Shown piece after piece: positions 8,197 through 22,100 of a stretch of DNA of 23,464 bases. Position 1 is the first letter of the stretch. Each line of letters opens with the position of its first letter. The DNA comes from Amoeboradix gromovi X-113. Its lineage: Eukaryota; Fungi; Sanchytriomycota. The position numbers were made by a program, and so were the translations under genes. The stretch spans positions 1-23,464 of the forward strand of contig JADGIF010000071.1 in the NCBI GenBank assembly GCA_018985225.1, read 5' to 3'. The notes beneath the pieces are model-generated. The model was not told the DNA's origin. It did not search any database and saw nothing but the letters and a program-made list of their open reading frames with translations.

Positions 8197-8538
8197 TTAA
8201 TTTATTAATTTTAATCCATACCATTCCGAAGAACTAATTTCGAATGAATAATTCATTATCTTAATTATTAGAAGCTCTAGCTGATTGAGATACATTAGCT
8301 TGATACTAAAATTCCTGGCAAATTCGGAGTTCTTCAATGGGCAATCATTGAAAACTTTATCAACAATACACAAGCAGCTTATTATGAGCGGGTAATTAGA
8401 ATGCTTTATGCTAATATATTTGCGCACTCTTATGAAATAAACGTAAGCATATTCAATATGCAATAATGGGTATCTCAAGCTGCTTGCAATGCAAAAAAAA
8501 TTGTAAGGAACAAACTTTAAAATACCGTCGATAATCAT
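8197..8538 (-). CDS. PHO80/PCL (cyclin U/P-like) family cyclin, essentially the cyclin box only
   Basis: AYVYFIRV...LIISCLCIVDKVFNDCPLKNSEFA...LNQLELLIIKIMNYSFEISSSEW matches the Pho80/Pcl pattern (l.l.a.K...D...sN..wa...lN.lE...L..l...l.v...e). First ATG at 8538. Confidence 0.8.
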   Translation of the reverse strand: MIIDGILKFVPYNFFCIASSLRYPLLHIEYAYVYFIRVRKYISIKHSNYPLIISCLCIVDKVFNDCPLKNSEFARNFSIKLMYLNQLELLIIKIMNYSFEISSSEWYGLKLIN

Positions 8539-8704
8539 CACTAACTTCTAAAATTGCATATATTGGGTCTAGTCAAATTAAAACATTTAATTAATGGTTT
8601 TTTGATATTGCAAGGCGATTTATTGGCAAATGTTTCAAGCTTTAATTAGATTTATGCATGGACAAATTAATGACTGCACGTGACAAAATTCTTAACGAAT
8701 GGAT

Positions 8705-9922
8705 TTATTGCATCTGAAAAGTAGTGGCCAGTATAAATAATGTGTATCCTATAATGTTTTCATTTGCCGCTGAGAAATCATATCCAGGCTGCGCCTCACC
8801 AGAATAGTAATCTGTACTTTGAGTTTCTACTGGCGGTGAGTATGGCTCGCTAACAGGCTCTACTGATGGTAATGGTTCACTAATGTGTTCCACTATGGGT
8901 TCAGAAGCAGGTTCACCTACTGGCTCACTTATAGGCTCTACAGCAGGTTTAGCGACCGGTTCATCTTCTGGTTCAACACAAGGCTCCTCTTCTGGTTCAT
9001 ACTCTGGTTCTACAAAAGGCTCCTGTTCTGGTTCTACAGAGGGCTCCTGTTCTGGTTCATACTCTGGTTCTACAAAAGGCTCCTGCTCCGGCTCCTGTTC
9101 TGGTTCCACAAAAGGCTCATCTTCTGGCTCCTGTTCTGGTTCATACTCTGGCTCCTGTTCTGGTTCATACTCTGGTTCTACAAAAGGCTCCTGCTCTGGT
9201 TCATCTTCTGGTTCAACACAAGGCTCCTCTTCTGGTTCATACTCTGGTTCCACAAAAGGCTCATCTTCTGGCTCCTGTTCTGGTTCATACTCTGGCTCCT
9301 GCTCTGGCTCCTGCTCTGGTTCATACTCTGGTTCCACAAAAGGCTCCTGCTCTGGTTCATACTCTGGTTCTACAAAAGGCTCCTGCTCTGGTTCATACTC
9401 TGGTTCTACAAAAGGCTCCTGCTCTGGTTCATACTCTGGTTCCACAAAAGGCTCTTCAGTACTATAAGGAATTTCACTAGTTGCTTCTAAAGATTCTGTA
9501 GCTCCAGGATAGTCTCCATTGGGTATGTATGTATTTTCTGGACTCTCTTCTAACGAAGTATCTGTCTGGGTAGCATATGAATTTTCTGGACTCTCTTCTG
9601 TCTGGGTAGGATATGAATTAGCTGGACTCTCTTCTAACGAAGTATCTGTCTGGGTAGGATATGAATTAGCTGGACTAACAGAATCCGTTGCTTCTGCTGG
9701 ATAGCAATTGTTTGGTAAGAGCTCATTGTGATCACCATGTAAACCGCCAGATATTTCTGGCAGTCCAAAACATGTTTCCGTAGATTCGGATGTTTGGGTT
9801 GGCAAATTACTTTCAGATGCATATTCTGGCAATCCGTCATAAGCCTCATCAACTGATTCCGGTTTTGCCAATGGACTTGCATATCCTATCATTGATGTTA
9901 TAAAAACCATTTGCATTTTCAT
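8705..9922 (-). CDS. Secreted, probably GPI-anchored, acidic Glu/Pro/Tyr repeat surface or cell-wall protein, 405 aa
   Basis: Hydrophobic N-terminus [17 protein letters not shown]; Ser/Thr/Glu-rich region; EP-x-x repeat block; small-residue site (FSAAN) followed by hydrophobic C-terminus [13 protein letters not shown]. Confidence 0.85.
   Translation of the reverse strand: MKMQMVFITSMIGYASPLAKPESVDEAYDGLPEYASESNLPTQTSESTETCFGLPEISGGLHGDHNELLPNNCYPAEATDSVSPANSYPTQTDTSLEESPANSYPTQTEESPENSYATQTDTSLEESPENTYIPNGDYPGATESLEATSEIPYSTEEPFVEPEYEPEQEPFVEPEYEPEQEPFVEPEYEPEQEPFVEPEYEPEQEPEQEPEYEPEQEPEDEPFVEPEYEPEEEPCVEPEDEPEQEPFVEPEYEPEQEPEYEPEQEPEDEPFVEPEQEPEQEPFVEPEYEPEQEPSVEPEQEPFVEPEYEPEEEPCVEPEDEPVAKPAVEPISEPVGEPASEPIVEHISEPLPSVEPVSEPYSPPVETQSTDYYSGEAQPGYDFSAANENIIGYTLFILATTFQMQ
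8958..9454 (-). repeat. Coding minisatellite: 12-bp units (EP-x-x) arranged in 36-bp ([12 protein letters not shown]) and higher-order repeats
   Basis: Recurrent plus-strand TCTGGTTCATACTCTGGTTC(T/C)ACAAAAGGCTCCTG(C/T). Confidence 0.97.
9530..9676 (-). repeat. Coding tandem repeat of 48/36 bp ([16 protein letters not shown]-like, ~3 copies)
   Basis: [16 protein letters not shown] / [12 protein letters not shown] / [16 protein letters not shown] / SPENTY in the protein. Confidence 0.9.
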
Positions 9923-10125
9923 TATCTTGCATCTGGAAATTCAAGCTATTTAAAAGATCTTCTTCTGTCTATTTTACTTGCACCAGTCATATATCTTGTT
10001 TCTGTGTTCAACCTCCAATCAACTGAAGTTGTTGATGACTATTAGGTCTGTAGTATATTACTAGGATTCTTTGACGAAATCATGGATTGTAAGAAATCAT
10101 GCATAAAATAAATTTAATTTATTTG

Positions 10126-13100
10126 TTACTTTAAATCACTGTTACAAACAATTCCCGTGCCTTTTACAGTTAATTGATCGCTCCATTTTAAGTTCAGCAA
10201 ACATATTAATTCATGTCTCTTGCTCGTCCTATAAACTGGTACTTGTCCACTTACTGTTTGGTTTGTCGCTGTGATGTGCAAAACTGGCATTACACTAGTC
10301 AATTGTTTTCCAGTGAGCTCCACAAACTGATTTAACCTTCTGTCATACTGACCACATTCTATAGTTAGTCCCCCTATATAAAGCCCTTCATTGGGTGCAT
10401 GTTCTAGGTTCTTAGCTACCTCACAGGTTATCGTCGTGCTGTCCAATGCCCACTTGTTATTTCTACTCATTTCTTGCTGAATAGTTGTTAACAACGACTG
10501 CGGCTGAAATATATAAGGCATATGTATTATTGCTAGTTTGTTCTGCATCCAGTTAATATAGTGCACCTGACGCTGTTGCAATTCTATAAAAAACAAAGAA
10601 TACGACTGGCACGGTATCTGTTGCCAGTCTTTTGGAAGTACTTGGCATAGTATGTTGTCCATCAATTGCTGTGTCTGGGTAGTCATCAAGCTACTTCCAT
10701 CTAACACCTTTATCAGATTGCTTAGATCTTTGTCTATTCTGGTGATTAAGGAATTGAAGACTTGCAATTCATGCTGTATAAACAACACGAACGCTTTGCT
10801 AAACTTCTTTGCTTCGTATTTAATCAGCATAGGTAACTTTGTTCTACTTTGATCAATCAGCTGTCTCAGTACCATTTCTCTATCAACTAGTACAGATTCT
10901 TGCGGCTGTATGTTGGTTATCGACTCCAATGTGCCCGTAACATAATTAGTATGAAAGATTATGTTGTTGTTACCGCTCAATCCATACTGGTTTGGTAGAT
11001 CCTGATCCCCTAGAATTTGTAGTTGGTTGATATACAAGTCAACCGTCTTGAACCCATGGATTTGCACTCCTAGTATCATTTTGCTTTTTATCGTTAGATC
11101 ATTAAATAGCAGCATGGTCAATGTCTGTATAAACTTACGATCCATGTTGTTAGTTACGCGTCCACCGTAATGTACATCACCGACCATATACCTTATTGTT
11201 TGCCATGGAATAGGTGATTTAGGATCCAACTGGTCAAATATCATTTGAATACACATTATTGAGGCTAAAAGATCTGCTTGATTAAATTCATACGGTATGA
11301 TCCATCCTATTGACCCATACTTGCGGCGCTCTTGTACTATGGTGTGGAACAGACACAAAATGTAAATCAGCAATGGGAATTCCTTGTAATTGGCATCTAG
11401 CTGCTCATTAGTTAACCAGCTGTATGTCCTCATCAATCCGGCTTTTAATCCTTGAGGTGGCTCATTCGTAAACTTGATACTAATTTGTAACAAATTGATT
11501 GGGAATTTAGCATTCTGCTCAGTGGTTATCCACAACCTAAACTGGTCGTTACAATCATCTAGTAACCCCATGAGTTCGTCCATAAATGGTAACCCCAAGT
11601 GACAGTTTTGTAGAAGCACCCACCCGCCTTGCAGCATTGAAAGTTTGATGTGTTTACGGGCATGCACCTCTTGCCCCTGTCCCATACTAATCACTACCAG
11701 GGGAATCTTTAGCTGCTTGCTCAGGCACTCGATATCACTAGTAGGGTCACTGCCACTGGTTAACAATGCAATCATTGGAGTCTTCACACTACTTTCAGAC
11801 AACAGTTCTTGTAAATTTAGCAGTTGAGGTTGAACAAATTGATTTCCCAGTGTCGAGCTGATGTATTTTCGACTCATTCCCAGAACTTTATCAATACAAA
11901 AGCATCTAATTAGTAACATGTGATGGAACGCACTCAATTCCATATTTGGCGTATCTAATAACTCAGGCTCGTCGTGCTCATACCATGATTTCCATTGTTT
12001 CTCATTGTTTTCAATGTTGTTAACTAGTTCATGAAATGGCAGCAATTGTCTAATGGCAGTTAAATTCAACCAAATAGAATCACTTATCCAAGAATAAGGT
12101 TTTTTTGTAGTGTCTACGCTGAGTTGTCCTGCCCTAATAAACAAATTGAATTCTTGGATTGATATCTTGTTTCTGTTAAGGTCAATTTTAAGACTAAGCA
12201 ACAAACTAAACATTAGTTTATGTTTTTCATACAATCCGCGTGTGAAATAACTGAACAATCTAAAAGTCAAGTAATCTAAAATATTTTCTATTCTCTTTTG
12301 CACAATTACATCCACTTTGGATCTATCCATTGACTCGTCAAACAACTGCAGAAACTGACCCAGACTGGTTTGGTACATGTTGCAAACATTTGCAAAATCG
12401 CTTATTAAAAAGTATATTATGGATCCTCTTATAGCTATAACTCTGTACTCATCTCTAGCATGTGTAATCTTCTTATTGGTGTCAGCAGCTACAATTAATT
12501 TATCGTTGACTTCGACAGAAGTCTTTTTAGTGTTCTCTAGTACCACAACTAGCGATTCATCATCCACAAGACTACCTTTAGTGCTACTAAGTCTACTCAA
12601 TAAATTGTCCTCTAAATCTTTGATTTTCTTTTTATTCATGCTGATTTCTTCCAACAGCTTTACTCTTTCAATCTCTAGCTCCTTCTTCTCACGTAAAATA
12701 ACTCTGCCAAGCAATTGTTCTTCCAATCCTCGTTGGGTTACTGTGAAATCCACTACACTCAGTTTTGCAAATACTTCGGGTGTGTAGCTAGGGTTAGGCA
12801 GTTTAGTAGTCATGTATAGTCTAAATCCACTGGTGTAGTCCAATTCTTTTTCACCAAACATAACTTTAAATCCCTTTCCACTTTTTAGCAGATTACGCTC
12901 TAAAATGTTGTCTAGACTTGGATCTACATATTCCTCGACGTCCTCTATCAATAATGGTCTACCCAAGTTAACAGCATCTTCAACGTTATTTCTAAAATAC
13001 TTGTTACTAAAATTAGTTATAATTAAGTTCTTACCCTCCTTTTTACTAATCCATTGTCTGGCTTGCGATTGTGGATCTATTATCAATGGGTATCTACTTC

Positions 13101-16100
13101 CTTCGGTTGTTATTATTCCATTCTGCACGCTCAACTCATCATTAGGTAATCCATTCAACTGCCACTCATCTAAAGTGTTCTGCTCTAACATGAATGTCTG
13201 TAAATTAAAATCGCTTGAAGGTATATTGTACTCGTTTAACTTTATTTTCCAACTGCACATCATTTTGTGCCTATAATCAAAGTTGAATGGTCCGCAGTAA
13301 CTTAGAAATGCGCTAGCTATTATTACGTCACCTACCAGTTTACCTATTTGTCGTTCTAAATCCTTTGCGGTGGTAGTCCATCGCTCTTTTTCACCTTGTA
13401 ATCCATTTATTAACATGGTTGCTATCCGCATCTTTTTTCTACATAAATCTGCTACATCCTGTAATTGTTGCTTTTGGTCAATTGCATCATCATACTTCTT
13501 TTTTAATTTACTAAGTTCGTGTTCTTTTTCATCGAGTATTGCTTGCGCTTTTGACAAGTCATACATTGCTGCACTATATTTGTGCTCTGCAACTATCAAG
13601 TTACTCTTTAATGGTATTACCTTTTTGTTTATATGGTAGTAAGTACACATCGCCCGTACCCAGCAGGCTAACCCAGCTACGTCCGCGCTCACTTTCTTAG
13701 CTCCCTCTACTGTAAAATCGGCCATTTCTATATATGGTTCAACCAGCTCAACTGTCTCTTCAGTCATCTCGTCTTTAGGAAACTTCAACAGTGATTGTAG
13801 AAAATCAGGTGTAGACATCAATTTCATGCTCTCCTGCCAGCTAGGTTTACAACAAGGTTTTTCAGGGTCTTGCTGCATTGTATCCAATTTTTTTTGTTGT
13901 AATAACAGCACGCCATCCATTATTCTCATGATTAAATGCGGTGGTTTAGCTAATTTCCGAACAGCGCTAATATGTGACGGTTGTATACTGTTAAGTGCGT
14001 TGGCTGCCTCCTCCAATGCAGGCTTTGCAGCTTCTAGTTCCGCTTCAGCTATACTTTTATCCTTTTTAATTATATCAGCAATTTCTTGGCAACTCAACTT
14101 AACTTTCAAAACCTCATCTTTAACTACTTGAGCTTGATGAGTTGACTCTGTCACCTCTTGCAATACTAGGTCTGCCTCCTTGCTTGCAACAAGTAGTTCC
14201 TTTTCTTTAAATGTTAGCTCTTGTTGTAAAATAGCTACACTAGATGCTGCTTCATTCAGCTTGCTCAACCCAACATTCATTCGTTCTGCCATGCTTCCTA
14301 CATGGTTAAGTTTTTTGCTGTACATCTTTATAAACGAGTTTAAGAAGCTCAGGTAACTTTTTGGGGTCAAGTACACTTTGCGCCTAAATGTGCTCAAATA
14401 TGAATCACACATTAATTGTATATCTTGATGTACCATTGCTATGAACCCAATCGCACTATTTTTCACCTCTTCTGTACATTTCAATGCCACTGGACTTAAA
14501 AATTTACTGCTTACTGCCATTAACGCTGCCTGTGGCCATTTGTTGAACCAATCTAATGTACAGCCACTAATTAGTCCAGGAAACTTTAAACTTCTCTGTC
14601 TGAATTTGTCCCCAACTGGTGAGAAGCACAGAATTACATGCAAATTCTTCATTACTCTCTCTATAAAAAAAGTATACAAGTTCTCATTAGTATCGACGAT
14701 AATTGGACTTTCCTTTTTCATATGCATCCTAACATCATTGCATATGGTTAATATTTCATCTTTTAAGAACAATCCTGGTATTTCTCCATTAGTTAAGATA
14801 TTGTTAATTATGCCAAGATATGTTTCATCCTTAACGTCGTTGTCGGTAAAGATAAATGTTGCAGACTCTCCATTCACTCCACAATATCTGTACATAATCT
14901 TCAAATCATCCATAAAATTAGTGATATTGTAGTTTTTGGTGATAGTAAGCTGAAATACTTTGGAATCGCATATAAATGCGCTTAGCTTTGTTAGTGACTG
15001 CTTACCACTCCCACCTACACCAACCAGTACCATTGATCCTCGAGGAGTTCTTAGTTGCCTGCATATTCTAAGTATATGATCAATAGCATCATCAAAAAGT
15101 ACCAGATCCAATTTGTTACTTTTAACACTCTCATTATATGATGATTGAAAATTTAGCAACCGTTGCTTTATTAAATCTATGTCTTCACATTGTTCGTAAT
15201 ACTTATAATCTTCATTTTCAGTGTCTTCTGGCGGTAACCTCATAAAGTCACAAAATCTCACAACGGCAGATGGATTTTGCACCTGAACTTGTTGTTTAAA
15301 GTATGAAACATCTTTTTCAGTCACCAACCTATCGCTCAGTACTCTGCTACACTCATGGGTCATGAGGTTGTTGTACTCTGCAACAGTTTTTAATCCAGAT
15401 GGTTTAGAGATGGTCATACCTTGAACTATTCTTGATAAATCTCTTAAGTTAAATATATAATGAAACTTATCCGGAGTGGGCAGCAACTTATTTTTTGTAG
15501 ACTGCCAGATATTTCTAATTTTATAAATACTCGAGCTCGCTTGTTGTTCTATATCTTTTGCAAACCCTCTAGTAGTACTGAAATACCCGTTTAATATTAG
15601 TCCGAAAATTTTATCAATTGATTGAGAGCTTGGCAAAGCGCAATTAATTATACAGAATTGCCTCTTTAGTCTGGCAGGTACATCATTCCTACCACCTCCA
15701 GGATGCATCATTGCTGCTAGATATTTGAAATCTATAACACTGGTCCATTCACCTGGTCTGTCTAAGGAATACATTCCGCCCTGTTCCATCAGCTGCCTTA
15801 CAATCTCACTTGTTGGCTGATCTCCCCAGTTATTAATTTCAGGCATATTAACATCATCAATAAACATCATCATTTTCTTACCTCCTGGAGGACCATAAGT
15901 CGTTCCCAATCTCTTTTCAACAATACTTTCTATACTTCTTTGGAATACATTCGGGCTAGTTGTTGAACTAAAAGCGATTGTCTTGCTGGTAGTTTGCTCA
16001 TTTGAACAAGACTGTATGTACTTACTGATTGTCATAGTTTTAGCACTACCCGGTTCACCTATAAGCATAACAGGCATGTTTTGATCAGTTAGTCGCTGAA

Positions 16101-19100
16101 TTAGATATTGGGTCCTAATATTATCAATGTTAGGTATAAATAATGTCGAGTAATCAAAGTCACTGTTTGGAAACTCCCAATCAGGTACAATAAACTGCCA
16201 TTCTTGCCATTCAAAATTGTTTAAATAATAATCGTATCCATTTGATTTCGAAGGAAGTAACAGAAACGTGAATTTATCAACAATAAACAAGTAAAGCTTT
16301 TCCCTCTCCAAGAGCTCTAATAAACTGCCGAATCCCCATGTGATAGCAAATACAAATGCCTTGTTAATATGCTCTGGATCCGTCTTGTCATTAGGCAAGA
16401 TAGAATCGAGCATTTTACTTGTAAATATAAAATAGCTAATATCTGGTATTGTCATTCTTGGATGTAACTCATTCTTAATGTATTCCAAAAGTGTATTAAA
16501 AGTCTTGTTAAATAAGTCAGCTAGAACAAAAGACTGCTTCAATTTTAACTTCAGCCAGGACTGTAATAGTGAGTCCCATGTCAAAGTACTCTGCCCTACA
16601 TATATCATGCCACATCTGCTAACAGTTGCCGGACTTGCGTTTCTCAAGGAATCTACTTCAAATACCAGTTTGGCACCTGGTGACATGATTAGTCTATCTC
16701 CGTTTGCCAACGTCAGTGTTTTATTATCATCTAGGACACTGTTTAAGTTCTCTATCCATACCGCATCCACCGGACCGTCTAATATAATCCAAATATTCTC
16801 TCCTTTTCTTTTTAAGGTTTTGCGCCATATTGCACTAAATATCCCGTCTGTCCAGTCATTTGTACTCGAATCCAATCTACCAAACATCTGGTAGTCCAAA
16901 ATAGCTTTGGGGTTCATTTTAACATCTTTATGGATGTAATTTGTATTCGTAAAAGCATTTAAGAGCGTCTGGATAATCTTGCTCTTTCCACTACCCGTAG
17001 GACCAAGCATCATTATTCCATGCCGCACTTTTGCGGTCTCATATAGCTGTATTACTTTTAATGTAAAATCATTGCTAGCAGTGATGTTCAACTCACCAAT
17101 TGCCTTAAATATAGCCCCTTCCATCTCCGGATAAGTTCCCTTTGGTGAGCTTACACTAGGAAATAAATCGTTAATCAGACCGCTGAAAACCAGTTCGTCT
17201 TCATCTACTAATTTACTCATGTTCATATCTCGCAAGACCCTCATCATTATGGTTTCCTCACTATCCATTGGGTTACTTCTTTTTACACTTCCACAAGTCC
17301 TCAACACGCTTAAGATATTTCTTAATCCAAAATCATAGTGAACCTGCTTACTCAGCTGCTCTTCACAGAGTTTGTATAATACAAAAAATTTTCTAGCCAA
17401 CGTGCTGTTATTTATAAATCCGCAGCCAGCCAATTTTACTTTAATTATAATTTGCCTGTCAGGTACCATCATAGCAACATATCTAAAATACACTTTCAGA
17501 TTTTCCGGTAGTTCTACTCTACCAGCATATCCTGGGTTCATTGTTATAAAAAATCCAACTTCCGGATTTAGTTCTACTAACTCCCCATCAGTAAAAATGA
17601 AATTACTTTTTTTTTCTTTTTTTGCATTTAACACGCTCGCTATCTGCTGTGCTGCCACACTCAGTACTGGTAACTCGATTCTGTTGAACTCATCGAAACA
17701 ACCCCAACATCCGCTTTGTGCCAGACCTTTGTAAATTCTTCCTAAACCCCTATAATCCATTTGGTCTGAACAATTGAATACAACAACCCATTTGCCTAAA
17801 GCCTTCCCCATATCTTTTGTTGTTTCGGTTTTCCCAGTTCCTGCTGGCCCCGCAGGACTTCCGCCTAAGTTCAAACCTATTGCTTGGGCTAACGTACAGT
17901 AGCATCTATCCGTTAATGGAGTTATCACTAGCCTGTCTGTACAGCCTAAGTATTCGTTCTGGTAAACAAAATCGAAGTTTGTTATGCTTACAATACACTT
18001 TTCTTCATCTTCCTTGTAATAAAATCTACTCTGTTTTAGCCACTCAAAATCATCTATTCTATTGACATTCAGCTTTGTTAATTCCTCGCTAACATCTCTG
18101 TGATGAACTTGTATAGTTATTAATGTTTCATATTTAATTCTATCCATTTTACTCAAATCCTTCGTTGTGGTACTTATTAGTGTATTCAGTATAATTGTTA
18201 TTCTTGCTAGGGCGTTCTGCATCGATTTTTTATCTTTGCTTGCTATTGCTTCTTCCATAATCATTGTCCATGATATTTGCAAGCATAAAAGTCCAACTTG
18301 TGCTGGGTATTTCTCAATTACATTTATCAAATCCATCTCGCTCATATCTGTTACTGCTGCCTTTATTACGAGTTGAATAGATTTCTTAACACATTCCAAT
18401 AACTGTCCAATCCATATTTCTACATTCCCAGTGGCCAATAATGGCTTGTAAAACACTACCTGCTCGCCTTCCATGCTTTCCATTCCCATGATCTTGTCAT
18501 GCTCTTTAACATCAAATTGCACACTATTCACGTTATCAAACAAGCTCTTTAAGTGGGGTATAATTGTATGAGTATCACTAGCTTGCCCTAGTATCTCCAG
18601 AAGCGATGGGTCACTCACAAAATAGAATCTAGGAAATATCCTTCTTTTGCTTTCTAAATATCCTACCAGAGACTTTTGACATTGCTCCAACTGTTCCATC
18701 ATTATTGGTAAGCATTCCTTCACGGTTTCATTGTCAACACATAGCGGAATGATTAATGGCGATTCATTTACAATGCCCATGACCCTGCACCATGTTTTGT
18801 CTACATTTTGAAACTTTTTAGCTTCTTTGGGCATCTGTTTAGCTATATCTCCACCTCCAAATACTGCTTCTAGGTAAATCCACAGATTCATGACACTTAG
18901 CCAGTTATCCAATACCTCACTAGTTATAGTAAGATACCTAATCCATTTCTGTATGTCTTCTTTAAATGGTGTGTTATATCTGTTACTAAATAACGATGCC
19001 AGCGTCATTTGACTATCTTCTAAGCTAGTTATAATCTCAGCAGTTGTAGATGGCTGCAATATTAGTAGTCCTCTTTGTTTAAACATTGAACTACAAAAGC

Positions 19101-22100
19101 ACTTGCTTGTCCATTCTAATACCACTGCTTGCAACTTACTGTCAATGTCATGTTCCTTTAGAGCTCCAGTGCATATGTCTTCCAAATCGTCTTTTAATAG
19201 TAGTGTACTGCTATTTATAAAGACGCCGATTGGTGAGTCGTTTTCAAAATCACACTGAACCTTGGTAATTGCACATATTCCATTGTAATGGCGGGGTAAC
19301 ATCTTCGGATTATTCATTTGTTCTAATAATGGTATCAGATCTACCAAATCGTCCACCAATGTCTTCAGTCCTAGATACGCTTGTTTTTCTTTCAATGACT
19401 TTGGAATCTTTTTAAATTTGCTCTGCAAATCCGAAACTAGTTCATTCATGAGCTTAAAGTCGCATTTGATCCATGTCAATTTCCTCAACTCACTGTAATA
19501 ATCTATACATTCCTTATATACTCCATATAACAAATATAGCAATTTCAATTCCTTTCTTATGCTGTTTTCAGAACTTGTATCAACCGGGACTGTATTAAAT
19601 AACATGGCACCTGCGTCCAGCCTCTTCCTTTGTCTCTCAATGTTATCTGAATATTTTATAAACATTTGCAATTTCTCTATTGCCTCTAACGGGTCTATAT
19701 TTTCAGCCTGGGGCCCGTTTAACAAATAGTCTTGTTGAAATTTATCACTTTCTACCTCCAGCTCTAATTGCATCAATTCAAATTTACTTTTAAACATTGA
19801 TTCTTTGGCATACAAACTTGATTGCACTAAATGACTTGTATTGGTTAGTTTATCAAAGTCGTATCTTATTGAGTCAGCTAGATCGTTAGTATTCTTGTTT
19901 ATTGCCAGATTGAATTTGGTTAAAATTGTAAATCCTTCTTCAATTGGCTTTATCTTCATTTCAATTGTCGGTTTCTCTAGGTAGAAATCTGTTAGACCAT
20001 CTACAATTGATTTAACATCCTCAAAATCATCTATATTACTATTCAGCTTAGCACTATACTGACCTAATTGATCAACCAAATTGTTAACATTGTTGTTTAA
20101 TAGTTCATTTAGTCTACATCCTATTAAGGATTGAAAGCCAAGCAATTTGTTAATCATCAACTTCTTTAACTCTATTGTACTCTGTATAAACGGTCCACTT
20201 GAGTAGTGATCACTTATTTGCTCTACAGAGTGCAAGTCTATTCTTGTTCGTATCAACACAGATTCCAGCTCATGCACGGTGGTTTCCTTATATTTCAACA
20301 ACTCATCCGTAGTGTTTAGTAAGATAATATATAAATACTCCTCTAATACTTTAAATGTCGGTACTATCAGAGATTTCCAATTCTTACTATATATACTCAT
20401 ACTTGATAAAAACCTTTGTACTTCCTTGTTTGCTATAAGTACTGACCAATCTTTAAATGCTGTTGTTTTAGCTAAAGGATTCTTGAAGCTACTTAACTCT
20501 ACTAGTACCAAGGTACAAATATCAATGTAATCAGATTGAACCGTATTCAAATTGGGTTTGATAATTAGTTCATTGCAATCAACATCAAAATCAATGTTGA
20601 TGCATCCGCAATCACTATTTAAATATACTTTAACATCTTCCATGTTTTGACGAATGCTTATAACTAATGAATCTAAAACTATAGATTTCAAATGGCTTAA
20701 GATTCTATCAAATAAAATTAAGAGCAAATCATCATTTTCTAGGTTTAATTGTTTCAATAACTGTTCAAGTGCATTCTTGATCAAGTAAGCTACGTACTCT
20801 GTTTGTAGTAGTAAATCTTCCACTATTTTGACACATTTGTTCATTCGGATTGCCATAGCATGCCTATACTCTCTTAATACAATTCTTTCAGTCTGAACAT
20901 CTATGTATATTATTTTACTTAAAGAGTTTTGTAATGGCTCTAATACGTTGCTCACTATGTCATTTACATTTTGTTTTAGTCCTCCTATCGCACACATGTA
21001 ATAATAGATCTCGTTCGTGTATTTTACTATGCTGAAAGAGTTCCATGTTATACTAATCAGACCTAATGCCAACTTGTTATCAATCCATTTGGCAATGAAT
21101 GAATAAAAGTCTTTTAATGGAGTCCAATGATTTAGTGTCAGAGAGTTGCGATCTGCTACTACACATTTTAATTTTTCGATTACACTTTCAATAGTAATCC
21201 ATCGTTTTGTTAATTTAAACAATACGTTTGGTATCTCAATCCCAACTGATTTCATATACTCGCATTCAATGATATAATTATGCAGGTTAACATCAAGATT
21301 TAAGTAAAAAGTGTTTCGTTCATCAATCACAAACAGCGAAGCATCTAAACTACTTAAACAAAATTCAATCTGACTTTGCCATGCCTCTAAAACCTTACTC
21401 TCAATTACAATCAATGCAGTCATTAGTCTATTGTACTGTTTCATTGCAATTGTGTAATCAGGATGACAGTTAAAATCCTTGTATGTTAATATCAGTTCCA
21501 ATGGCTGCTGTATCTTTATGATCATACTTTTAACCCATTTTAGTTTATTAACCGTATATGAACCATTTGATGTGTGCAAATCATCCTTATATATATCTAC
21601 ATGATGTTTAACATTATTTAACACGCCAACTGCGAATCGATGAAACATCAAATCATAATAGTCATTAAAATCCAGGTTGAAATAGTCTTTTATTGCCTTT
21701 AACTGTTCCATTTTGACTAAAACAAACTTGAAGTCTTCATAGTCATTGACAAATATAGTTAATTGAGTCAAAGTATCGTGCATTAAATTAGAAGCTTGCA
21801 AGTTGAGATAAGCCATATCTAAGTCAAAGTCTGTTTTCTTATAGTCCAGCACATTGGTTTGCTTAAGCATTAGCATTGATTCTAGCTGCATGTATTTCTT
21901 TACTGTTGGACCAAAGCCATCGATATGGACATTGTTGAAAGTGCTGAGAGTTGCCAAAATACAGCAAAATTCAACAACCCTGTTAAGTCTTTTGGTAAAT
22001 GCTTCTAATCTTCCAAATATATACATTTCACTGAAATCAAATTTAGGTAGTTCATCTTGTAAGTCTAACTTTTTTTTGACGGACAAATAGGCATTTGAAT

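Noticed and set aside
8883-9704. Antisense and alternative-frame ORFs (GS-rich 194 aa, FW-rich 201 aa, and others) and CRISPR-like periodicity
   Set aside because: By-products of a stop-free coding minisatellite; there are no unique spacers.
10652-22090. Numerous plus-strand ORFs within the dynein gene (also 3186-3392, 4419-4676 and 5633-5824 opposite other genes)
   Set aside because: Antisense shadows of long coding sequences with no independent motifs.
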